Shown here: in pieces, positions 12,520 through 23,600 of the stretch
Numbering within the stretch: position 1 is the first letter of the stretch
Layout: every line of letters begins with the position of its first letter
Position numbers and translations under genes: made by a program
Source of the DNA: Eledone cirrhosa
Lineage: Eukaryota
Direction of reading: 5' to 3'
DNA length: 64,000 bases
NCBI GenBank assembly: GCA_964016885.1
Contig: OZ024740.1
Location: 377,704,001-377,768,000, forward strand
The notes under the pieces: model-generated
What the model was told of the DNA's origin: nothing
Databases searched by the model: none
The model's input: only the letters and a program-made list of their open reading frames with translations

Positions 12520-14684
12520 TTATAGCCCTAGTCTACCCCCCGGGTCATTATGGGGTTTGAGGGCGAGGTAAGTCCTACGCAATCTATGTTTACATGCAGT
12601 AACCAGTTCATCTTTCTTGTTTAGGAGTTGGTCCGTCGAAAACAGCATTTGTAAAGTTTCCTCCGAGCATAAATTGCACGGACGGCGTCCTCCCGTGTAA
12701 GAATTGGCTCTGGACAGTAATCTCCAAGTGAGATCATAGGTGATGTTGTTGTCCTTGAGGTCCCATATGTGGCCCGAAAGTGTAGTGGCGTGACGCCGGG
12801 CCGGGTTTCGGAAGGTATGTCTATGTTGGTATAGCCGGGTCTTGAAGTCACATGCGGTAAGTCCTATATAGGCTTTGTTGGAGGTATCCGTCCTCACGTT
12901 GCACTGGTAGATCACATTACGGTCTCTGCATCTATTGTCGAGTGGGCAAATAGATCTATCCGGGCAGTTACACCTCCTGGTCGGTTCTCCACTGCTATTT
13001 AGGTTATTTCTGCCATCGGGGTTGAGTTTTTTGTTGTTAGAGGAGACGATGTTTTGTGCGAAGTTTGGTGTAGTGCTGTAAGAGAGTTTGATGGTATTTT
13101 TGTTAATTATGTTGTGGTAGCGGTGTTGTAATGGGAAGTGTTTTTCAATGAGCCTAAAGAATAGTTTCCCGATGGGAGTAGTCACCTCTGCGTTGTGGGA
13201 GGATTGAACCATGTTACATTGCGTGAGCGGCGGTGTCTCCTGCTGGTTCCGCTAATGGGAGCTGGACAGTAGGATATTTCCTCCCGGAAACCACTCCGCT
13301 TGAGGGCCTGGTTGTAATAAGGCGCATGTTCATCGAATATCCGCTCATTAGCTGACAAACGGGATATGCGGAGGGAGATGTTTTTGACCAGGTTGTTTGT
13401 GATGTTCCTAGGATGGTTTGATCGGCGGTGGATGTAGTGCAGATTGTCATTAGGTTTCCTGTATGGGTAGTACAGGTCGTTTTCGAGGTCGAGGGTTACG
13501 TCCAGGAAGTTTACTCGGGTCAGGGACGTTTGTAGGGTTATTTTAAATCCCCAGTCGCGGAAGAATCTGATTAATTGTTTCCGGACCCGATCTGTACTAC
13601 TGGGGTTGTACCCTTTAAGGGTAAGGAGCCCATCATCACGGTACAATCCACCACCGAATGCAGGAAACATATCAGTGAGTTTGGCTATTAGGAATAATCC
13701 TATAAGATCAGTGACCTCCGCCGAATCCGTGGCGCCCATGCTGACGTCGAAGGGTGAGTCGGGAGCTCTTTTTATCCATTTAGAGTCGTCAAAGAGTAAG
13801 ACTGTCTTCCTGGCGTGGAGGATGATTTTTCTTTCCTGGTCGGTGATGGGCACGAGTGTTTCGGCGAAGTCCAAGGCGGCAGTAAGTAGCGGTAAGGTGA
13901 TTGAAGCATAGTAGCTCTCTATGTCGAACTGTATGAATTTAGTTTCTCGTTTATCCTCCATATTGCTGAACCAGGAGATTACTTCCTGGGTGTTGATCCA
14001 TAGGCTAAGTCGGGTGTGTTGCTTGACTTTTGGTATCACGCGGTCTAGGATTTTTTTGCTGATTCTCCCTATGTCGGACTTCGTTGGGTTAATAAGCCTG
14101 ATGGAGGGTTTACGGTCAAAATCGGATTTATGGTCCTTCAGTGTGAAGTATGGTGTCCGTGGGTCTAGAGGTTCCGTGCGGTCGGCGACCCCGAGGCTGG
14201 AGGTGATTTGTTGTCCATCTCGATTTATGTCCTCGATGCAAGAGTGGTTGGCCTTTTTATAGGTGGAGTTTAGGCTGCTCCTGATCAGTGTGTGGTATCT
14301 GTCAGGGTTGACAAAGTATAGGTTCCCAGTTTTATCCGAATGCACCATGATGTCATTTGTGTTATCATACTCTGTTAAGTTGCTACGGAGTTTTTGTAGG
14401 AATCGGTTGTGTCTGGGTTTAAATTTAATGTTCTTGACCAGTTGGAAGAGGTCATTCTCGAAGGGTGCGAGCAAGGGGTTCAGGGGCGGAGATTTGTAGG
14501 TAATAAATCCGAATCTCTCCTTGGTGCCGAAGTCTTGGTTGTCGCGATATCTGTCATAGAAAAAAGTTCTCCATCTAAGTCTTTTCGCAAATAGATCAAT
14601 TTTTTGCGTGAGCATCCGAAGGTAAAGTTTTTTCGGTGGGATTGGGATGTTCTTGGTAGAGAAGTCAATGTTGTGTTTTCGCAT
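12520..14684 (-). CDS. PLE polyprotein RT plus GIY-YIG (second tandem copy, same frameshift near 13197)
   Basis: Translation identical to 8983-11147 at an offset of 3537 bp. Confidence 0.9.
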
Positions 14685-14869
14685 GGTGCGGGTGAAATGA
14701 ATTGAGCTTAGCGGAAAAGTCTGGATACGGCGTGGTAGGGTCGGAAAGTGCTCTACTACGGGAGTAGGAGCTAGATAACGAAGGAAATGTGGTAAGGAAC
14801 CAGGTGGACCATAACGCACCAAAGTACTCAATACTTGAGGTAGTAGAGTGGGTAATAGGAACCAGTAAG

Positions 14870-14963
14870 ACCCCGACAGCTGAGCTCAAGCCGTTTCGAC
14901 GGCTAATTCTGGACTAAATGAAAATTTATCCTGGTATTTAAATAGCCGATCTTCTCAAGGGGT
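14870..14963 (-). ncRNA. Type I hammerhead ribozyme, U3:A8 core variant (unit C)
   Basis: Identical to 11333-11426. Confidence 0.8.
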
Positions 14964-16167
14964 AATTCCATATATGGTCAAAGTGATTGTCAAAAATCAG
15001 TAGTAATTCTGTGGTTGCAAATTAGTAGGGGAGATGGTGGCTAAACCTGCCAGTAGGAGAAAGAGGGGAGGGGGTGGAGTAAACCCAATCAAGCGTTGGT
15101 AGTGCCAGCTACAGCTGGGCATGAGGTCAAAGAAGATACAGGGGAGGGGGAGGGGGAGGAAGTCGGAACGGTAGGTAGAACAATGGGGGGTAGAAATAGG
15201 AAAGAAAAAATACTGAGAGTGAAGAAAAGCAAATAAGTGTAAAGAAAAAAGTAAAGTAAATTAAATTCTACGACCTAGGTGTCAGGCTATTGTTAGGCGA
15301 GAATAAAATAAAGAAAGAAAGAAAGAAGTAAATAAATAAATAAATAAATAAATAAGGAAATAAGTAAAAGAACTAGGTGGGACGAAATAGGCAAGGACCC
15401 TTTTAAGAGGTATAAGTACGTAAATGATACGGTGACGGGTCAACAAAAGGGGCCAAAATACTAAAGAGACTACCACGAAATAAACAATAAAGGTTTCCAT
15501 CCCGGGCCAGCAACGGCCCAGTGCAGCAAAGTGAACTTGTACGAGATAATAATTCTGAGTCCCGAGAAAAATATATACTAATGCTAACTCTAAAAGATCT
15601 AAAACAAGCTACATGAAAGTTCGTACGAAATAAAGGTAGAATACGGAGAAATAAATTCAGAATCCACCCCGCCCAGAAGAAAAGCGAAGCAAGAAATACT
15701 GAAACGAAAAAATAAGGCATAAGTGCCACTAAGAAATATAGAGGGCACAGAGAATAGTGGGAGCGGTCGGAAAAGGGGGGCAAGTATCTGGGGTCTAAGC
15801 CAACTGCTATAAAGGGCGGAGTCCGCCAAATCTATCAAAGACTAGGGGAGGGGGGGTGGGGGTACTAAAGCTACATGGGGCCAAAGGGCAGCCTCGGGTG
15901 GGCGAGAAAAGACGCCGACAAAGGAGAAGAGCTGGGGTAGAAGGACAAAGGAGAGAGGGGGGAAGGAAATAAAGGAAGCGATAAAAGAATACAAAGAAGA
16001 TCTTACGTCTTCCTTGGCAAGCAGGGGTTACCCATTGCAAAATCGGCAACTGGGGTGTTATAGCCCTAGTCTACCCCCCGGGTCATTATGGGGTTTGAGG
16101 GCGAGGTAAGTCCTACGCAATCTATGTTTACATGCAGTAACTTATTACCCACTCTACTACCTCAAGT

Positions 16168-17172
16168 ATGACCCGAGTAAACTTCCTGGACGTAACCCTC
16201 GACCTCGAAAACGACCTGTACTACCCATACAGGAAACCTAATGACAATCTGCACTACATCCACCGCCGATCAAACCATCCTAGGAACATCACAAACAACC
16301 TGGTCAAAAACATCTCCCTCCGCATATCCCGTTTGTCAGCTAATGAGCGGATATTCGATGAACATGCGCCTTATTACAACCAGGCCCTCAAGCGGAGTGG
16401 TTTCCGGGAGGAAATATCCTACTGTCCAGCTCCCATTAGCGGAACCAGCAGGAGACACCGCCGCTCACGCAATGTAACATGGTTCAATCCTCCCCACAAC
16501 GCAGAGGTGACTACTCCCATCGGGAAACTATTCTTTAGGCTCATTGAAAAACACTTCCCATTACAACACCGCTACCACAACATAATTAACAAAAATACCA
16601 TCAAACTCTCTTACAGCACTACACCAAACTTCGCACAAAACATCGTCTCCTCTAACAACAAAAAACTCAACCCCGATGGCAGAAATAACCTAAATAGCAG
16701 TGGAGAACCGACCAGGAGGTGTAACTGCCCGGATAGATCTATTTGCCCACTCGACAATAGATGCAGAGACCGTAATGTGATCTACCAGTGCAACGTGAGG
16801 ACGGATACCTCCAACAAAGCCTATATAGGACTTACCGCATGTGACTTCAAGACCCGGCTATACCAACATAGACATACCTTCCGAAACCCGGCCCGGCGTC
16901 ACGCCACTACACTTTCGGGCCACATATGGGACCTCAAGGACAACAACATCACCTATGATCTCACTTGGAGATTACTGTCCAGAGCCAATTCTTACACGGG
17001 AGGACGCCGTCCGTGCAATTTATGCTCGGAGGAAACTTTACAAATGCTGTTTTCGACGGACCAACTCCTAAACAAGAAAGATGAACTGGTTACTGCATGT
17101 AAACATAGATTGCGTAGGACTTACCTCGCCCTCAAACCCCATAATGACCCGGGGGGTAGACTAGGGCTATAA
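16168..17172 (+). CDS. RT thumb plus GIY-YIG endonuclease ORF (334 aa) in the inverted PLE arm
   Basis: Open frame. The ATG is formed at the deletion junction caagtATGacccgag. The RT catalytic motifs are deleted. Confidence 0.7.
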   Translation: MTRVNFLDVTLDLENDLYYPYRKPNDNLHYIHRRSNHPRNITNNLVKNISLRISRLSANERIFDEHAPYYNQALKRSGFREEISYCPAPISGTSRRHRRSRNVTWFNPPHNAEVTTPIGKLFFRLIEKHFPLQHRYHNIINKNTIKLSYSTTPNFAQNIVSSNNKKLNPDGRNNLNSSGEPTRRCNCPDRSICPLDNRCRDRNVIYQCNVRTDTSNKAYIGLTACDFKTRLYQHRHTFRNPARRHATTLSGHIWDLKDNNITYDLTWRLLSRANSYTGGRRPCNLCSEETLQMLFSTDQLLNKKDELVTACKHRLRRTYLALKPHNDPGGRLGL

Positions 17173-18266
17173 CACCCCAGTTGCCGATTTTGCAATGGGT
17201 AACCCCTGCTTGCCAAGGAAGACGTAAGATCTTCTTTGTATTCTTTTATCGCTTCCTTTATTTCCTTCCCCCCTCTCTCCTTTGTCCTTCTACCCCAGCT
17301 CTTCTCCTTTGTCGGCGTCTTTTCTCGCCCACCCGAGGCTGCCCTTTGGCCCCATGTAGCCTTAGTACCCCCACCCCCCCTCCCCTAGTCTTTGATAGAT
17401 TTGGCGGACTCCGCCCTTTATAGCAGTTGGCTTAGACCCCGGATACTTGCCCCCTTTTTCCGACCGCTCCCACTATTCTCTGTGCCCTCTATATTTCTTA
17501 GTGGCACTTATGCCTTATTTTTTCGTTTCAGTATTTCTTGCTTCGCTTTTCTTCTGGGCGGGGTGGATTCTGAATTTATTTCTCCGTATTCTACCTTTAT
17601 TTCGTACGAACTTTCATGTAGCTTGTTTTAGATCTTTTAGAGTTAGCATTAGTATATATTTTTCTCGGGACTCAGAATTATTATCTCGTACAAGTTCACT
17701 TTGCTGCACTGGGCCGTTGCTGGCCCGGGATGGAAACCTTTATTGTTTATTTCGTGGTAGTCTCTTTAGTATTTTGGCCCCTTTTGTTGACCCGTCACCG
17801 TATCATTTACGTACTTATACCTCTTAAAAGGGTCCTTGCCTATTTCGTCCCACCTAGTTCTTTTACTTATTTCCTTATTTATTTATTTATTTATTTATTT
17901 ACTTCTTTCTTTCTTTCTTTATTTTATTCTCGCCTAACAATAGCCTGACACCTAGGTCGTAGAATTTAATTTACTTTACTTTTTTCTTTACACTTATTTG
18001 CTTTTCTTCACTCTCAGTATTTTTTCTTTCCTATTTCTACCCCCCATTGTTCTACCTACCGTTCCGACTTCCTCCCCCTCCCCCTCCCCTGTATCTTCTT
18101 TGACCTCATGCCCAGCTGTAGCTGGCACTACCAACGCTTGATTGGGTCTACTCCACCCCCTCCCCTCTTTCTCCTACTGGCAGGTTTAGCCACCATCTCC
18201 CCTACTAATTTGCAACCACAGAATTACTACTGATTTTTGACAATCACTTTGACCATATATGGAATT

Positions 18267-18360
18267 ACCCCTTGAGAAGATCGGCTATTTAAATACCAGG
18301 ATAAATTTTCATTTAGTCCAGAATTCGCCGTCGAAACGGCTTGAGCTCAGCTGTCGGGGT
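18267..18360 (+). ncRNA. Type I hammerhead ribozyme, U3:A8 core variant (inverted arm)
   Basis: Stem I ACCCC 18267-71 / GGGGU 18356-60. Core UUGAGAA 18272-78. Stem II 18279-18332. GAAA 18333-36. Stem III ACGGCU/AGCUGU. Predicted cut after GUC at 18355. Confidence 0.8.
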
Positions 18361-18370
18361 CTTACTGGTT

Positions 18371-18423
<53 letters not shown>

Positions 18424-18547
18424 AGTTTATGTTGTTCCCCAGTTCCTCAGTGAATTAACAACCCAACAAGGAACTGGGCATATCAGAGTATTGACAATAT
18501 TATACACCTAAACAACATATGTACTTGTCTATACCATACTAATTCAA

Positions 18548-18602
18548 ACTGCCTGAAGAGGTCACAGCCAAAGATGGCTGTCACTGAAATATATATAGCA
18601 GT
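18548..18602 (+). ncRNA. Canonical type I hammerhead ribozyme in a solo pLTR (about 18420-18655)
   Basis: ACUGC-CUGAAGA-GGUCACAGCC-AAAGAU-GGCUGUCACU-GAAA-UAUAUA-UA^-GCAGU. Perfect 5-bp stem I. Confidence 0.85.
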
Positions 18603-18704
18603 AATAAACGAAGCTAAATTTTAATCATTTGACTTTTATTTAACTTTATTTTATATATATATATATATATATATACTCATTAATGTTCTACCTAATGTGG
18701 GGGA

Positions 18705-18801
<97 letters not shown>

Positions 18802-18961
18802 TGTGTTCTACTTAATCAAGATCGGGCTTATAACCATTTTAGAGTAAGGTCTAGTGTTGATTTGAATAACCTATCGAAGCAAAGTGGAATCTGTTTTTGT
18901 GGAAGTATATCGTTGTTGAGTATTCAGAACTACAAAGTTGGATATATAATGTTAAATAATG

Positions 18962-19137
18962 AAAGAATAAGACATGGTACAGTAGTTAATTAATCCATTA
19001 TTTTACGTTCGTTTCAGTGGGCAAAACTATTGATAGGCAAACCAATTGATGACAGTCAGGCAACTCCATGCCTTTAACGTTTTCAAACGATCGTAAAATA
19101 ACGGATTAATTAACTACTGCACCATGTTTTATTATTT
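18962..19137. repeat. Inverted repeat with about 55-bp arms, probably a decayed PLE pLTR palindrome
   Basis: 18962-19015 is the reverse complement of about 19084-19137. The arms contain AAACGATCGTA, a hammerhead-like stem III half. Confidence 0.6.
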
Positions 19138-19165
19138 CATTGTTTCACATTTTCCTATATATAGA

Positions 19166-20292
19166 CCTAGTACGTGTGATGAAGAACGTGTCCCGCATGT
19201 GCGACCCAACAGAAATGGAAAAACACATCCAACTCTTCATCAACCGCATGCAGTTCTCTGGCTACAACCAAAGAGATAGAATCAGAGTATATGAAGGAGC
19301 CACGGAGAAGTATAAGACCCTCATAGAACTAGACATGAAAGGAATTTGCCCATTATACAGGAGCAAATCATGGAATAGCTTAGATAGGACTAAACATAAG
19401 ATAGGAAAAGCCACCTGATGGTACGACAACCAGAGATACCAGAGTGTCATGTTCGTGGACGCTACCCCTGGAGGGAAATTAGCTAACCAGTGTAGAAAGG
19501 CCCTGAGAAAGACCCACCTAAAGATTAAGGTAGTAGAAAAGCCAGGAACCACCATAAAATCCCTGATCAGCAAAACATACCCTTTTAAGAAAACCCACTG
19601 TACTAATACGAAATGTATTACATGTAAAGTAAACCCCCGGATAAACTGTAAAACTAGAAACGTAGTCTATAGCATAAGATGTACAGAGGGTACTTGCAGA
19701 AACATGACAACATACATAGGCAAGACAGCTCGTAGCATAGGTGAAAGGATAGACCAACACTGGGGGGAACTAAAAGGAAGAAAAAACGGTTCAGTACTAT
19801 ACGAACACGCCAGACAACAACATGACGGTAACATAGACAACATAGAAATTAAAATAATATCTAAACATAGAAATGACCCAGCAGATAGGCAAATCAGAGA
19901 GGCCAGTGAAATAGAACTTAGAAGGCCAAAGCTAAACAGAAAAAATGAATGGAATAACAACAACACCCAAACAAACAATACTGACCTAAGAGAAATCTAA
20001 ATAAATAAATAAATATATACACAAGCACAATAACAACAAACACATGTAAACACACACTAGTAAACTAAGATAGAATACAATAACCAAAACACAGTCACCC
20101 AAACGTGAACACACATCAAACACTATACACACACGCAAACGCATGTGCTGAGAAGAAGACAAAAATAAATAAATAAATAAATAAATAAACAGATTAAATA
20201 AAGATGGCGTAGACATACAATACAACAGGAGGAAATATAATAGCACCACTGACGATGTTGCATATGTGCAACGAAAGAACTTTGTTAGACTA
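19166..20292 (+). mobile_element. 5'-truncated PLE (RT C-terminus, Cys linker, GIY-YIG, 3' UTR with hammerhead)
   Basis: RMQFSGY...; CTNTKCITC...CKTRNVVYSIRC...YIGKTARSIGERIDQH...PKLNRKNEW. One in-frame TGA at 19416-19418. (TA)n flanks. Confidence 0.85.
20245..20286 (+). ncRNA. Minimal hammerhead ribozyme with one stem I mismatch
   Basis: ACCA-CUGACGA-U-GUUGCA-UAUG-UGCAAC-GAAAG-AA-CUU^-UGUU. Confidence 0.6.
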
Positions 20293-20497
20293 TATATATA
20301 TGTGTTTGTGTCTATATTATATCTGTATTTTTGACCGTTGGTCAGTCAATGGTAAACATTGAGGAGTGAATAAATTAACTGATATAAAAGATACAGAAGC
20401 GAAAACCAACCAAACAGTGAGTGTGTTCTGTTATTAATTCTGGCAACATTATTACAACAATATGACCCTCCCCAAGTATAACAATATATATATATTT

Positions 20498-20642
20498 ATA
20501 ACGACGGAAGTGTGGTATGGAACCAGATGGACCATAACGCACCAGAGTACTCAATACTTAGGGTAGTAGAGTGGGTAATAGGAAAATGTTTAACCCCGAC
20601 GGCAGAGCTCAAGCCGTTTCGGCGGCTATTTCTGAACTAAAT
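20498..20642 (-). mobile_element. Short 5'-truncated copy of a sister subfamily of the 7702 PLE
   Basis: Closely similar to 7702-7846, same terminal ATAACGA next to (TA)n, stops inside ribozyme stem II. Confidence 0.85.
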
Positions 20643-21339
20643 ATCTTCTTTTTTTTTTTAGTCTATATGTACACACCCACTCGTTTAAAAACCCGGACCT
20701 GCGGAAATCAACTGCGCTCGCGAAAAATATCTGGGGTTTGAAGCAGGGTAATATAGTCTATGCGTTATCATCGTCGATTTTATGATCAGCCAGGCTATAA
20801 CAGAAAAGACGTGTTTAAAGACTATGAATGGAATTTTCTATTGAACTCAAAGCGTGTCAAGTTTTAATTGATAACACAGAACTCTGAAAACCTTTTTCAA
20901 AATACCATCCAAACTAACATTTTTTTTAATTCTCCTTCTTGATATGTAGACAACCTTACATCTATACCCCTGATTAACCCACATACCATTATATATGTTC
21001 TGTAACAATAGCATAGGTAATACACACATCTCCCTTCTATACACGCACAACCACAACTAATTCTAGTACACTTATACTTCGTTGCTTTTTAGATAATAGA
21101 CGCCACGGCATATTAACCTTAAATAGGTATTCTCAACCCAAATAAATAGAATCTACTGGGCACATACCACCAGCTATCACAGCTATATAAGATTTCATTC
21201 TACATCTCTGCATCTATTTTTAGGATCATTCTAGTGACCAAAACATTCACCTTAACTCACTTTTATTGCAGCCATATATCTAATTTTTTCTTCATCTTTT
21301 TTACTTTTTCTTTTTCGTCGTCTCATATAATTCTCGGCA

Positions 21340-22454
21340 GAGCTGTTCTGTTAGAGAATGAGTTGCAGGTGGCGAATAGCGATACGGCCACCAGATATGC
21401 AGATATGATGGCTAGTTGCTTTATAAGCGACCAGCCGCCAGATGAATAAGCAATCCCGGACCAACAATGGTCTGAAGTCAAGACCAGGTATGCAGATACT
21501 CTCTGGGCAAACTGAGGAGGATGTTGAGACAGAGTGAAGATTGTTCAGCTCGGCAGTTTCTGCTTCATCTGTTAAATGCTGCGGGCGAAAATGCTTGGTG
21601 TGGCACTGGATGGCAGGAGAATCCCTTGGTTTAATCAAGAGGTCAAAGATAACAACCGAGCAAAGAAGGAGGCTTACAAAGCTTGGCTTGGCTTGGAAAT
21701 AAGTCCTCCATCTTGCACTTGCATTATAAGCAGGTACGAAGAATCGCAGAAGAATCATTAAAGGCATCCAAAGTTAAGACATGCATCCTCGCGAGGTGGA
21801 GAGAATACTTTGCTGATCTCCTAAACCCGATCACAGCAGCATCTTCTGGTGTACACGAGATGCATCTGGGAGCGGTCACTGATCAATCAGAGGCTGAGGT
21901 CACCAGAGTAGTTAAAGAGCTCAAATGTGGTAAGGCCGCTGGGGAAGATGAAATCCTGCACGAGATGTTAAAAGCCTTAAACAGAGAAGGTAATCTCTGG
22001 CTGACTCGTGTGTGTCGAGTTGCCTGGATCTTTGGAAAGGTGCCTAAGCAATGGCAATCGGGAATGATAATCCCAATTTTCAAAAAAGGAGACAAGAGAG
22101 ATTGTTCTAATTACATGCGCCGTCAGCTTCTTGTTGCCCTGATGTCTGTAAACAAATGCCCCAGTATTTGTGTTCGGATAATTGGTGCTAAATCAAAACC
22201 ATTCAATGTGGGAGTCGGACTCCGCCAAGGGTGCATACTGTCACCTCTCCTGTTCATTATTTACATGAACAGAATTGACATGCACAGACGGGTTGAAAAT
22301 TGTTGGAAACAGATGCTTCTGACAGGACTGGCTGGAAGGAGTGTTTGAGGACTCTGCACCCGCGACCTTCTCAGTGAGCGAAGAAGAAGAAGAAGAAGAA
22401 GAAGAAGAAGAAGAAGAAGAAGAAGAAGAAGAAGAAGAAGAAGAAGAAGAAGAA
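21340..22454 (+). mobile_element. RTE-clade LINE relic with internal deletions and a (GAA)n tail
   Basis: RWREYFADLLNP, KAAGEDEI, WQSGMIIPIFKKGDKRDCSNY and GLRQGCILSPLLF. Tail 22380-22454. Confidence 0.85.
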
Positions 22455-22784
22455 GGGGTGTAAAATAGAAAGGATGAAGTGTAGTGAGATGATGAGTGAA
22501 ACAGAGTACTCTGGCATGAAGGGAAATAAGTATTTTATTACATAAGTTGCTTACGTGCAGTAGGAGGAGCATGGTGAATGGAGTAACCAAGTGAGAATGT
22601 TGTTTACTGATTCCAGTAATGGGAAGAAGTTTTATTTCTTCGAACTGTTTTGTTTTGTTTTTTTATCATCTGAACCATCCAATAATCAGAAACGTATATT
22701 TCTAATTAGCATGTCAATTTCCTTTTACGAATTTTTGCGTGCGTATGTGTATTTTTGCGTGCGTATGTGTATTTTTGCGTGCGT

Positions 22785-22965
22785 ATGCTTTGCAACATAG
22801 AGTTACCGCCCTTTATGATCTGAGTTCAAATCCCGTCGAGGTTAACTTTGTCTTTCATCCTTACAAGGTCGATAAAATAAAGTACCAGTCATGCACTGGG
22901 GTCGTTTAATCGACTTTCCCCTCCCCCAAAATTGCTGGCCTTGTGCCTACATAAGAAACCATTAT
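22785..22965 (+). mobile_element. tRNA-derived SINE with a Deu/Nin-like core
   Basis: B box GAGTTCAAATCC, core CTTTCATCCTTA...GGTCGATAAAATAAAGTACCAG, tail GCTGGCCTTGTGCC...AGAAAC. Many copies in the window. Confidence 0.75.
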
Positions 22966-23439
22966 ACAATTTGCTTTTATATTTATTCTTTGTTTAAATC
23001 CTAATTAGAATATTAGAATATTCTATAAAACTTCCTTTGATTTTTTTTTTTTGTGTGTTTTGCTTTTTGTTGTTTATTTTGTTTTTGCTGGAGTCTAGAA
23101 TTTTCATTATACATTTTTTGTATAAGCAGTTTCTTGTCTGTTTATACAGAAGGCCTGCTTTCTCTTTATATTTTATTATTGGTTTTCAAAATTTCATATT
23201 AAATAACTTCTTTTCCCTTTCTTTTACATATGCTAATTTCCTTTTAATTTCAATTTCAATTTTAATATTAATTTTAATTTCAATTTTAACATTATTTCTA
23301 ATTTTGTTTTTCTCCATATTTCGTTTATATAATGTCCTTTTTCCTGACTTTCAAGTATATTCATATATGCACATATTTCAAAATGTCTTCCACACTCGCT
23401 CATTATCATGTCTTCAATTAAGACATAATTGTTCTAGTG

Positions 23440-23600
23440 TTGGGAAAATACTTTGAGGTATTTATCCCGGCTCTTTACCGTTTCATTTCATAACCCACCG
23501 ATGTCAATTTTGCTTTTCATTCGACTGAGGTTGATGAAATAATATACCGGTGATATATTGAGATCGAAGTAGTTGACTTTTCCCATTCCTCATATATACA
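23440..23600 (+). mobile_element. Degenerate copy of the same SINE
   Basis: Weak similarity to 22785-22965. Confidence 0.45.

Larger units (their letters stand above)
7702..18375. mobile_element. Composite Penelope-like retroelement insertion: about 2.4 tandem minus-strand units plus an inverted plus-strand unit
   Basis: Near-identical units at 7702-11237, 11238-14774 and partial 14775-16141 (minus), then inverted arm 16143-18375 (plus). (TA)n on both flanks. RT with YRDD and C-terminal GIY-YIG. The CxCx5Cx4C linker suggests the Hydra clade (from recall, not tested). Confidence 0.95.

Noticed and set aside
16160-16175. 1.3-kb deletion as a spliced intron
   Set aside because: The removed segment has no GT..AG ends. 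There is only 1-nt microhomology.
19416-19418. In-frame TGA as selenocysteine, as in some Naiad PLEs
   Set aside because: Single TGA in a truncated copy, not at an evident Cys position, no SECIS recognised, and the endonuclease is C-terminal. A nonsense mutation is more likely.
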